Below are positions 1 to 11,229 of a DNA stretch of 64,000 nucleotides, piece by piece. Position 1 is the stretch's first letter. Each line of letters starts with the position of its first letter. The translations under genes and the position numbers were made by a program. Origin of the DNA: Hydrolagus affinis (lineage: Eukaryota). The stretch covers positions 1 to 64,000 of the forward strand of contig JAAILG010001023.1 in the NCBI GenBank assembly GCA_012026655.1, given 5' to 3'. The notes beneath the pieces were generated by a model, which was given only the letters and a program-made list of their open reading frames with translations, was not told the origin of the DNA and ran no database searches.

Positions 1-110
1 AGATAGATAGATAGAGATGGGGGGGGGGGGTATGAGAGAGGAGAGAGACACAGACAGAAAAACACAGAGATGGAGAGAGTGAGTGTGAGAGACACACACA
101 GAGAGAGATA
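1..110. repeat. Compound microsatellite (AGAT)n, poly-G, (GA)n/(CA)n
   Basis: Read directly from the sequence. Confidence 0.9.
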
Positions 111-133
111 TTTACCTCCTGAGGAGATAGGCC

Positions 134-190
134 CCGAATGCGCGCGCACCTCCGAATGCGCGTGCACCCCGAATGCGCGCGCATGCGCAG
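134..190 (+). repeat. Three tandem copies of CCGAATGCGCG(C/T)GCA, ending in an NRF1-like GCGCATGCGC
   Basis: Units start at 134, 152 and 169; GCGCATGCGC at 179-188. Confidence 0.85.
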
Positions 191-2019
191 TACAAAAAAC
201 CTGAAAATATCGATATTTCAGTATATCTCGATATGAGCCCATCGATATATCTAAATCGGAAAATTTCCATATCGACGGACCCTACAATAAAGTATAATTA
301 GTTTTAGGCTGGAGCCAGAACGTTTTTTAAACAAAATGCCTCAAAGCTAAGTTTTTGATTATCCAGATGCAATGAAACCAGAGACGGAACAATATCAATT
401 ACCTGTGGTGAGTTACTGTAAGGAAGTGAAGCTGCAGCTATCTATCTGAACTTTCTGTTGGTTGCAGTGTGACTATATTTAGATTTGTGCCTTTCTCCCA
501 GTACCAATTAAGAAGCAGTTAAGTTTGACAACCTCTAATTCTATGTTCTGTCCGATTTCACCAGCGTTTCCATCTCCATAGAGCACATATGAATCACTAA
601 CCATCAAAGATACCTGCTTATTGGATGTGCTGAGTGGCTGTGTGCCAAACTGGATCCAGTCCAGTTTTTGTTAATAGACATGTTTGCCTGAATATTCATC
701 AGTTCATTCAACACAGTGTATTATTGAAGAAAGAGGCAAGTTTCGTTTGACAAATGATAACGAATACAGCCTAGTACTTTAATCTTCAATAATTGTACTT
801 TAAGTTTAAAGGGGAATAAAGTCATCTGCCAAATCTTGTAAACATACATTGTGATGTTACAGTGAAATTCATCTTGGGAACATTTTTTTCATCCCCTGTG
901 ATTTCTAGTACATTGCATTGCTCTGAGCAATGCATTTCAGGCAAGGTTACATTATTGTACGACATGGCAGTTTGGTGTTAATAGTATGCTTTGTGCTGGT
1001 TCAAACATGGTCTTGAAAGTTCTACTTGCAAAACTCTTTACTAATCTGTATTTAGCATTATGTTTAGCACTGCGCCTTCCATCAACTAAAACATCCGCCA
1101 CAGCTTATTTGGACCAAATGTAAGTGTAATTATGGGGTGTAATGATCTTAATTACACTTCATATGAAATTATCCTCCAACAAATGAGCAAAAAATCAATG
1201 GGTCTTATTAAAACCGTAAAAACTGGTCTCAACAACAACCAACTGTGAATACAAGTAGAAACAAGTGTACCCAAACCACATGAAGGGTTCAGACTGACTG
1301 AGGACTTTTTACTTTAGCGAAAGCCTGAGGAGGTCTTAACGGATTAATTGAAAGATAAATCTAAGGCATCAGGCACTTTAAAACTCACTGATACAATTAT
1401 AGTTTTCCTACTTAATTTGCAGAAGGTTTATATGGACGTTGGAATTATATTGTCATCTAATTTTGCTTTGCTTGAAAGTTGGGGAAACTGGGTTTCTGTG
1501 GGTGGGATCTCTTGCCTTATGTGCCCTGATGTGAAACTGCTTACAATGCCTTAGCAGTGTTCTGGCACTGTCTGTCTCTGTTTTGATCTTAAAGATGGAT
1601 GGAACTGTGACTCAGTGGTCCATTTATGGTCCAGGAAGCAAAGAAAACTTCACACTCGTGCATTACCATATGTACCTGTTCCCACTGAAGGGGTGTGGGA
1701 AGGAGTGGTAATTTAGTGCTCATTTGATGACATTGTCGTGGTTGCGCACTGGCGCTCACTGTGTGATGTTCATGTGTTGTTCGACGGATAGTCTTTCACT
1801 GTAGCTGATTGATTCACATGGCAGGGCAATTTGTGAGATCTAGAAAAGGACTTGCCAATAACCATTCCTACACGTGTCCAAATAAGTCTCCGGCTGACTT
1901 GCCAGAATGGCGTTCAGCGTCATTCTCACAATCTGTGCTCCTTTGGGTACAATCCAGTTCGCCTCACTGAATCCAGAAGTCATCCCGGTGTCTGTGCAGA
2001 GTTCCCATGGTCCGATGCA

Positions 2020-2165
2020 AGACACGTCCTTGCCCCTTCCTTCCCCCATCTTCAGGTCGCGCCTGAAGATCTTTCTCTTCGCCCTTGCTTACTGTCACCT
2101 CATCCGGCTCGGAGTCGTGCTCACCCACCACTGTCAAGTGCTCTGGGACGCTACCCTGCGCGCAA
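2020..2165 (+). mobile_element. L2 LINE 3' fragment (ORF2 C-terminus plus 3'UTR)
   Basis: Translates to FRSRLKIFLFALAY, homologous to SRSQLKTFLSDRAF of the L2 at 21417. The 3'UTR CCACTGTCAAGTGCTCTGGGACGCTACCCTGCGCG is shared with 19000-19091. Confidence 0.75.
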
Positions 2166-2296
2166 GATTCACTGGGATAAATTGTTTGATGAATCCTGAA
2201 AATTACTCTCTAATGATAATTGGACACACTTCACATTGAGATGCCAAAGCATGTTGAATGCTGGCATTTGTCTACTACCTATCTCAGTGTTAGCAG

Positions 2297-2316
2297 TTTG
2301 CTTTTTGCAGGTAAGA
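2297..2316 (+). other. Candidate recursive splice site (3'ss immediately followed by 5'ss)
   Basis: TTTGCTTTTTGCAG|GTAAGA with AG at 2309-2310 and GT at 2311-2312. Motif only. Confidence 0.3.
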
Positions 2317-3520
2317 TGATCGTGCACGTGTACAGCGTTTCCAGAATCCGTTAAATCTGTTGAGTTAAATGAAGTACAATTAAAATGATTGATTCACATC
2401 ACAATCTTTAAACCTTGGTTACATTTGACAGGTGTGTTCCACAGCGTGGCGTGTCTCTGTTAATTTGACTGACAGTTGTCCGATGTTCTCACGAAGTGTT
2501 TCGATCACATTGGAAATTGCTTCTCTGATGCCCTCGGGCTAAATTACTGTTTGATCCAGGTTATCGGCTAAGTAGAGTAAACGCTGTGTGAATGGGGTTT
2601 GTGACAAGTAAAGTGCACGTTATTAGCAACAGCAGGAACTCCTGTCATTCTGAATCCATTTAATCATTCTGTATGTACTATTAATATCAACCCCAACTTG
2701 GACCATTCAAAGTAAATACTCAGAAATGCAGCAAATGGAACCCATGTGCCCTACACAGTTTGAGCTTCATTAGTAATCCTCAAATCTTACTCACTACTCA
2801 GCATTTTAATTCTGTTAAACAGTAGAGTATTCAGTATTCAATTTAAAATATCTGTTTTCACGAGGAAGACTACCACAGACATTTCAGCAGCGATTTAAGC
2901 TAACCCTTTCACCCTCAACGCAATTGCCTTGTGTTATTTTTAAGAACGGCAGAGATTGGAAAAAGAAATGAGATATTAAAGGCCGAACTGATTTATGTGT
3001 GGGTGACAAGCTCTTGAATAAATTATGTATTTTTCATTGCCAGACACGTTGCTGTATTAGCTTTGTTATTCTTACTGCAGATTTTGACGTTCCGAGTTCA
3101 TTTCAAATATATAAATCAATCTAAATGCAACTTGCACATTCGACTCTGACAGTACAGACCACAGTATCTATTCTCTTTGGCCGAGGTGAATAATTTAAGA
3201 AAAACTTTTTTGTGTTTTATAAGAAATGAGCATATGTCATTGCAAAAGAAACAAGTGTCACCATTAGAGCAGGTTCAGAGTTCTGTGTAAAGATTCTTAG
3301 CTAGTCATTAAATTCAGAGTTTATGGTTATGGTGGAGAAGTCATTCATTCATTCATCCTAGATTTCACTGCAGCATGGAATCCTCACAGAATTTTACTAC
3401 CTAATGTGTTCTGCTCATTGGTAAGTGGTTGGAAGAAAACATGATAAATAATTACTGCATATAATGCAATAAACAATATTTTGGTGGTGGGCAGGAAATA
3501 ATAACAGCTACTGAGGTTGT

Positions 3521-3792
3521 GGAGTCCTGTAACTTAGTGGTTAGAGCACTCGCCTCGCAAACGCGAGGACCTGCGTTTGATTCCTGGGCAGGGGAAAATA
3601 TTGGACACGTTTCCTTACTCCACACACCTCTGTTTACCTAAGCCATAAGTAGGACACCGGTTATGAGTCGATTAGCGGATCAATTTTCTGTTGATTATAA
3701 TTAGTCAATTCACATTACAGTACATTCTGTGAAGCGCTTTGAGACTTCTAGAAGACCTGATAAGGCGCTATATCAAATGCTAGGATTATTAT
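3521..3792 (+). mobile_element. tRNA-derived SINE, variant with a different central segment
   Basis: Head GGAGTCCTGTAACTTAGTGGTTAGAGCACTCGCC and tail GCGCTATATCAAATGCTAGGATTATTAT match the family; 3629-3702 does not match the other copies. Confidence 0.9.
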
Positions 3793-5120
3793 CAGCTCTG
3801 AAATCCAGTGGGGTTCCACAGCATTGGTTTGATGATGGCCATTGAGTGTGAGTCACAGTAAAATACAGATTGCTACAGACTGATACCGCATTGGAGAAGC
3901 AACAGAGAGGGGAAGAAATTCTGGAAGTCAAAGAGTTAAAATGTATAAGGATATTATGACCTCTTGCTCCAGTTCAGTCATGTAGACACATTCCATGACA
4001 ACCTATAGCACTGACCTGCAAGTGAGGGGGATCCACACTGAATCATCTCCAGGCTCTCTCTCTGATGAGCTAGTTTGGGAGCTAAACAAAGGAGCCACAT
4101 TCAGCCACCATGCAAAGGAAAGGGTTTTGCAAAGATGGGACCCATATGTAGCTTTGTAACTATGTTTGCGGGGTTAGCTACAGAGTAGTAGCCACATTCC
4201 GCGTTCCCCAACTACTCACACCCACATTAATCTCTGCCCAAAAAGGAACATTTAAAAAGAAATCACAGACAGATTGGATTCATTACAGGCTTCGTTGCGT
4301 TAGATAGATGTACAGTTGCTTCCCACCACACTGCCCATTGCCGATAATGATGGATCAGGACTGGTGGCTTGGCTTTATGAAACATTGGGCTATTGGGCAA
4401 AGCACTACATCACGCAGCCAATATAGTTAGTTTTGTTATACAGAAGCTGGAGTTACTTGACTCAATGCTAAAACCCTAAAAAAAGGGAGAAAATGTTACT
4501 TCAGTGGATTAGTTTAATCACTATGAAACATGGGCTTCTTCTTAATTGGACTGACCTTTCTGTTTGATGTTGAATGGCAGTATTAGGGTTTAAGGTTTTA
4601 TTATAGAGAGTGGGTGGAAGGTAGGTGTTTCTTTTTGCAGAGTGTTCAATTGGTTATCTACTGAAGGTTTTTAATGAGGCCAGTTCACAGTAAGAAATGT
4701 TGAATTTCCATGGAGTCTAATCCCTGTGTTAAAATAAAAGACTGAATGCATATGTTGAGGGGTGCTTTCTTCAAGGAATAAGTTTGTAACAAAATCTGCT
4801 GTTTTACTGTGGCTTTAAGGAAGAAAAGTGAATTTTCCCCATTGTTGTAAGTTTTTTTTGAAATAAATTGAATATGATTTGAAATTGTTTTACATTTATT
4901 ATTAGTTTTGAAATAATTACGGAACTCACTGCCCCCACAAACATGGTCATGAGATAAAGGGGATGTTAGTTTTTTATTGTGCCGATAATAAATTGAAATA
5001 TTGCTAAAAGTTTAAACGAGTCACGTAGCGGCTATTTGTTTCAGTTAAAATTTGTTTACAAAGGAAATTCATATGAAACGTTACAACTGAAGTCTATAAT
5101 GATCTAAAGACTCCAATTCA

Positions 5121-5219
5121 AAAACAGAAGTTGCTGGGAAAACTCAGCAGGTCAGGCAGCATCCATGGAGAAAGGAAAGTGAATCAACATTTCAGGTCCA
5201 CGACCTTTCGTCAGAACTG
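5121..5219 (-). mobile_element. Penelope-like element terminal-repeat remnant carrying a hammerhead motif
   Basis: Minus strand reads CAGTTCTGACGAAAGGTCGTGGACCTGAAATGTTGATTC...GATGCTGCCTGACCTGCTGAGTTTTCCCAGCAACTTCTGTTTT, resembling a short chondrichthyan repeat recalled from memory. Confidence 0.6.
5182..5218 (-). ncRNA. Degenerate minimal type I hammerhead ribozyme motif
   Basis: CUGACGA core (5214-5208), stem II AGGUC-GUG-GACCU, GAAA (5193-5190), stem III AUGU (probable CpG decay of ACGU), stem I AGUU/GAUU with wobble pairs. Confidence 0.55.
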
Positions 5220-5794
5220 TATATTTGTGGGCGAATAGATGCTATTGGAGGAAGTCCTCTCAAGTGTTAATTCTGGCCTGATGTTTGCAACCTGACCATT
5301 TTCAATGCACAAAATGTAATCATCAGTTTGTTGTCTCGTACACGGACACTAGTGGAGCTGTGGGAAAGACTGAAATTCTCTGGTCGTGTTCCCAAAACAC
5401 TATCACTGAAATCAGCAGCAGATCTTAATCCCAATTGTAGTGATCCTATTATGAAGGTATTGTGTTGATGATTGTATTTGGACCAACTTTTCTTGTACAG
5501 CATTATCTGCATCTTTGTCTGTTTGGCAAATGCCGAGTAGGTATCTACTGCAAATTGGCAGTTGATTTGTGAGCATCATTTTGTACCTTAATAACAGATC
5601 ACTCTACGGTGGTAATGACACCACTCCACCGTGGTGCAATCAACACAGCTCTGGGCACTTACCCTCTCTGATCTGACCACAAGTTCCTCTCCTGGCTATT
5701 TATTATCAAAGTGTTTTATATATTATATGGATAGCAATCAGACGGGCTGCCAGATTTGATATCCACTTAACATTCTCGGTTAAGAGTACCTGCA

Positions 5795-5911
5795 CTGCTG
5801 TTTTTTGGCCCATAAAATATACTTTACAATATTGTCTGTAAAATTCTTTGAGACTTCTCGAAGACGTGATAAAGTGCTATATCAAATGCGAAGGTTATTA
5901 TTATTATTATT
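5795..5911 (+). mobile_element. tRNA-SINE 3' fragment
   Basis: TTTGAGACTTCTCGAAGACGTGATAAAGTGCTATATCAAATGC plus (TTA)n tail. Confidence 0.85.
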
Positions 5912-6705
5912 CCAGCATTTGGATTTCTTTAATTCTTTCAATGATGTTTAGGTTGTGTCATCACTAACTCACTCAGATATCCTAGTGTGAACGCTTCGCC
6001 ATATTTAGCTCCAAATGTGTATGAGTATTTGCATACATTTTGTACAATGTACATTTGAAAAGAATTGTAACTTAGACATTGTATTATCTTAATCTTCGGA
6101 GAAGATTTACGTTATATGGATTCAATACATATTTCATTTTTTTAAAAAGTCCTATTCATAAACTTGCTTTAAAAATCGAACCACTATCTTTGAAATTCTG
6201 TTTATTTTTAGTTCTTTTGGTTTTTAAAAATTAAATGTACATACTTGTTTTCTAGATTGTGTTATACGCTTTTCTTTTTTTAAAAAAAAACGTTGCCCGT
6301 GGTGTCCCTGTTTAGAAATCAGCCCCGATATTTTCCTGCAGAACACTTGACAAACTAAGTTATTTTCTCAAGCACTGAATGCACTAGTGTGATTAGTTGG
6401 GAATTGTATGATGATTGATGAATCCTTTCCACAGCATTTGAGAGCACTGCCCTGACTGTATTTGAATTAGTTCTGCTCTGCACTGGGGAAAGCAATTTAG
6501 ATCATTCTTAACTCAAAACTACTATGGGAAATGTTCCCAGAAACAAGTTTGAAAACATCCGTCTATCGACTGATTCGGACCGAGTTTGGCGTACACGGAG
6601 GGGCAGAGCATATGCACTCTACATCTCGAATTACTGTGGCTGGTGATGGAGCCACAAACTATATCTACACGTTGGGAAATTTCATTCAGAATTCACACTA
6701 ACCTT

Positions 6706-6960
6706 GTCCTGTAGCTCAGTGGTTACTTGGGCAGGTTTCCTTACTTCACATGCCTAATAATAATCCGTCCCCCAAAAAACTGTAATATAAATTGGTCATT
6801 TCAATCCACGACTGTTTGTGGGACACTGCTGTGCGCAATTAGCTGCGCGTTTAGCTCACAAATATACAGTCAATTCACTTTACAGTATATTCCGTGAAGT
6901 GCTTTGAGATGTCTAGAAAACGTTAAAAGCGTTACATCAAATGCAAGGCTTATTATTATT
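6706..6960 (+). mobile_element. tRNA-SINE with an internal deletion removing the B box
   Basis: GTCCTGTAGCTCAGTGGTTA joins directly to CTTGGGCAGGTTTCCTTAC; body and TTA tail are intact. Confidence 0.92.
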
Positions 6961-9109
6961 TTTTCACTATTATTATATAGTCTGAATAAATCTGCTTGTT
7001 TTCACCCTCTTCGTATTACCGTATGTTCATCGAGAGGAAAGAAGTGAAGCAGAGGAAACCTTGAGTATCTGTCACTTCTGCTCTTGTCTCTGGCTGTTTG
7101 AGTACTTTCTATAGAGAATCAACACAGTGATGTAGCCTGCCTGACAATGCCTGTAATTACAGCTGATACCTCCTGCGAAATATCACACGGGGGTGGATGA
7201 AACGGACGGGGTTACATTAAAAGAAATTTAAGCCGCTAATTATTTCAAGACGTTTTCGGTGTAGTCAGACTGAAACGTTTCGTGTTTTGCTACTGTTATT
7301 ATCAGCAATGTAAATGTTGCATGTAATGGATTCCATCCATCCATGTCCGTCCATTGTAAGGACACAATTCAGGAATCATTATTCTCCAATAGCGAATTGC
7401 TGTCTCGCGCACCCTGACCTTCCCGAATGCATTCTACCTCGCGGCGCAGCACGCTTTATGAAACTCTTGTGTGTTTTACAACACGCACGTGTTGCTATCA
7501 GGCACGTAAGCACATGAACAGCTCGTCGGCCACTCAAACAGCACGTCTCTCTTTTTTTTCCTCGCCACACTGGAGAGAAATGTTAACACACACTCGCAGG
7601 ACTCAGAGGCTAACACTCCACGATTTGGAGCATGACGACTTTCAACAAAAGCCTTCAATTTCACGGGCTCCTCGATGTGAAATCCAATACTTTAAGCAAC
7701 AATTGGAAAACGGTGGAGCTATACCATTGCTGAGGCGACTTTCGTTTAGCATCCCTGGATCAAAGAGCATGCGACACAGAAGGTTGCAAATAGAATTTCT
7801 CCGATAGATTCGGACAGACATCCTGTACAATCTCAAATTTGTGCTCCTCCTTCTCCCCAGAGATTGAGCACTAAAATCCTCCACTGCGGTTAATGGATGA
7901 GGAGAGAATCAGATTGTTTTTGCTGTGCCATTAAATATAATTAGCTAAGGGAGGAAGCAGACAAATTTATTTAGTGGTGCTGCACGATAAATAGATTCTT
8001 GCCATAAGATTTCATGTGAGCAAATCCACATTGACTCTTTCCAGGACGATTTTTACTGTGATGTAAAATGTTGTAGCAATGTCTACAGCACTGCTAAATA
8101 CTTTGTTGTGGCACAGGTTCCATACCTTCCATACGCGCACACTCAAACACAAGACTCTGAGGAGTCTTGTGTTTTTCTGGCAGTCTCCCAACAGGATGGC
8201 TTAAGCGAACTGCCTCTTTGCAGTGTTTTCAAAGCACATAGTTTTTCCCAACATGATTCTAAAATGTATGAAATACATCCCAAGATATGCCAATTTCAAA
8301 GTTAGCACCTTTACATACATAATGTATAAACTAGTTACATATATTATAATATATATATACACACACACTCCCAAATATCCGAATAAAGTAAAATATAAAT
8401 GTGTCAGAAGTAAAATGGCTCTTTTACAAAATGGCTTTTTTGTAACCGAGTAACAGTGATTTGCAAGCCCCAAATATTCCATAGAATGTAACCTAATTTT
8501 TTTTAGTTAAACTGAACACCTAGGATTTCATTTGATTTAGAATTTGTTTGAGTATCATGCTCTTTGCCTAACCATTTAAAAAAAAATTCATTAATGTATT
8601 ATTTTTAAGATGAAGCCAGTTATATTTTTATATATTTACTGTACGTGCTGTACAGTAAATGTAGCAACAGTAAAAGTAAGGAAACTTTATAAAGAAAGCA
8701 GAAAGTTTACCCAACAGGGAAAAGACTCCTGTACAAAATTCTAATCTTTTTCCACCTGTCAGTGGTCCTTTTCACCGACTCTGAAAATTCATCTGTTAAA
8801 AATGATGAACTATTTAGTTCTTCACTTACATTGATCCGATAAATCAGTTTTCCTGGTATGTGGAGAGTTTTGTGAACCGTGCTGGGGAATAGCTCTATTT
8901 ATTTCTTTAATGGGTCCCAATAGTAAGTCTCAACAAGTTGGTATAAAAAATGGCCAAACTGAACAGGATGGTTTGTATTTCACTGAATGCCCCCTCTAGC
9001 TCATGACAAGTGCTGCATGCAGTATGGCTTCTGTACTATATTTACCAAGGGATGAAATAGATCTTTACTGAATATCTAGAATCCAGGATTATGCTTACTT
9101 AATATATTT

Positions 9110-9203
9110 AATCACCTTTACAATATATTCTATATATTCTGCAAATACATCTTAATGACACGAAAAGGCTACTATATCAAATGCAAGGATTATTATTATT
9201 ATA
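9110..9203 (+). mobile_element. tRNA-SINE 3' fragment
   Basis: CTATATCAAATGCAAGGATTATTATTATT tail. Confidence 0.8.
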
Positions 9204-11100
9204 ATTATTGTGTGCATTAACTCAGCAGAGTCGGCTATAGTGAAGCCATCAAGCATGCATTCCTTTGCGTTCTGAAAATCAAAGGAACACTTTGCAATGA
9301 GCAAGGGCCTGACTGAGTGAAGAGAGCAATTCTCATAACTTCAAAGGGAGCAGCTTAAACTGTTTCCAGTTGCCACATTACAATCACCATTGCCCCACTC
9401 AATGACTAAAATCAAGTTTCTATAGGAAAGTCAGATTCTGCAAACACTTTGAAAATGACATTAGTGAAAAGGTTCTTGCAGCCTTGCTCCTAAACCTGAC
9501 AGTTTGATTGCTCCTTATCAATGGCCCTTTAAAATAAAACGACAGCAAATGACATTTTTTTTAACAACACTTTGGAAATGCTTATCATTTTTGGCAAGGT
9601 AATCTATGTTACATAAATTTTAGTTATAACATTCACCATCGATAGTCACACGTTGGTGAGCATCTTGTACATTTCAAAAGATACATGCAAGCAAGCCATA
9701 CCTCTTTCCCAATTCACGCTGTGAATTGTTTTGTTTGGTTAAATATTATCCAAATGTAAATGATTTTTTTTATATACACACACACACACAAACACATGCA
9801 CAAACACACACGCACACACTCCTCCAACTTCTTCATTGGCATTTCGTCCAATGTATTTTCAGATCCGTCAAGGTAACAGTGTGACACAGCCTTTTCAATC
9901 ATACGACATGCCAGGACTGCATGAAGCTGTTTGGAGAGGCAGTTCGTGATAGCTATTAATTTTAGCAAAACTCTACCGTCCACCTGCTTCCCGCCATCTC
10001 TAAACTTGATGTAAATTGAAAAGATTTATAAAGCTGAAGGATTGATTTATATACCAAACTCATACATATTTAATAAACTTAGGTCTTTTGTACTCAGGAA
10101 AAATAACGATGTTTAATTTTTATGTCAAATCTTTTGAAAAGAGATGTTATCTCTTCAGCCTATGATTTATTCCTGCCTTTACCAGGGCAGGGGTAATAAC
10201 CCACACTTGCTCTTCTACGTTTTGGAATACAAAGTTAAAATTAGGAATTCCATCACGTTCTTGCTGAAGCTATTCATTACAGAAAGGTTTGGCCTCCTTA
10301 TTTCAACTGCGAGAATGAAGTTGGGTCTCAATTAAAATAATGCAAATCTTTCCTAAGTAACAGAAACCGTTTACTTCCTCCATTCATTAAATTAATCAGC
10401 ATTTTAAGTCTATAAAGTCTGCAGTTTTTTTTCTTAGATGAAAGTACTTAATATCTGTTGTTACACATTTGAACGTTCACAATTAAATAATCACGCCTTT
10501 TCTGTTGCAAGTTGACGTATATTAAATCGGCTTCAGGCTGCTTTCCCGGTTGCTAAGAGTTGAGCAAATTAAATTGGGGGGAAAAATTTAAGTGTGATGC
10601 CTGGGTCTCGAGTAAATCTTTCGCAAGATGATAACTTGCAGTGTAGAAAACCAAAGCTTGAACTACTGTAGTGATAAGCTCAGTGTCAACACTCATTGAG
10701 GGTTTGAATCCTATTACAGCTGTATTGCCTCAAGTGTTTTAAAATAATGGAATTTGTCAGAAAAATGCAAATAAAAATCTTTTAAAACTTTGCCAGCAGA
10801 AACTTTTAATTCATACTTTCTTGTTCAGGAACAGTAAAGACTGAGATGTTATGATGTTCAGGCCTTCCTTTCAAGGTAGTTGTATTAAAAATGCCGTGTT
10901 TCTTAACAGACCAATTGAACTCTATGAAGCAGCATAGCATTTTCACTCCATTTTTACAACTAAAAGATTGATCACATTTGCAAACACCATTAACTGGTTT
11001 AAAGTTAGAAACCGAGTCTGCAGATTTTTTTCAATATAAAGTTTTGTAATATTTTCGGAAAACGGTTGGGTATTTGATACAAAATTAGCAGCGACGTCCA

Positions 11101-11229
11101 TAATCCTTTCATTTCATATAGTGCATCGACAAAAATATCTCAAAGTGCTTCACAGGATTTACTGTAAATTGTAGTGACTGTGCACTTTGTGGGGAGACAA
11201 CCCAAGTTGTTGTTGTTGTTGTTGTCGTC
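11101..11229 (-). mobile_element. Older SINE 3' fragment (-) adjoining a (GTT)n L2-type tail
   Basis: ATCTCAAAGTGCTTCACAGGATTTACTGTAAATTGTAGTGACTG followed by CAAGTTGTTGTTGTTGTTGTTG. Confidence 0.65.

Larger units (their letters stand above)
1..284. mobile_element. End of a putative non-autonomous hAT-type DNA transposon, truncated by the window start
   Basis: Ends in ...ATATCGACGGACCCTA (reverse complement TAGGGTCCGTCGATAT, a TAGGG-type terminus). Repeated subterminal ATCGAT/ATATCG motifs at 208-275. CpG density drops abruptly after 284. The other terminus is not in the window. Confidence 0.5.

Noticed and set aside
367-407. Possible 41-nt exon (ATCCAG|...GTG|GTGAGT)
   Set aside because: Weak pyrimidine tract, not frame-preserving, and the peptides (AMKPETEQYQLPV or CNETRDGTISITC) are unrecognised; cannot be told apart from a pseudo-exon.
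7427-7807. 126-aa ATG-initiated ORF
   Set aside because: No recognisable domain or convincing splice context; ORFs overlap on both strands, as expected in a locally GC-richer patch.
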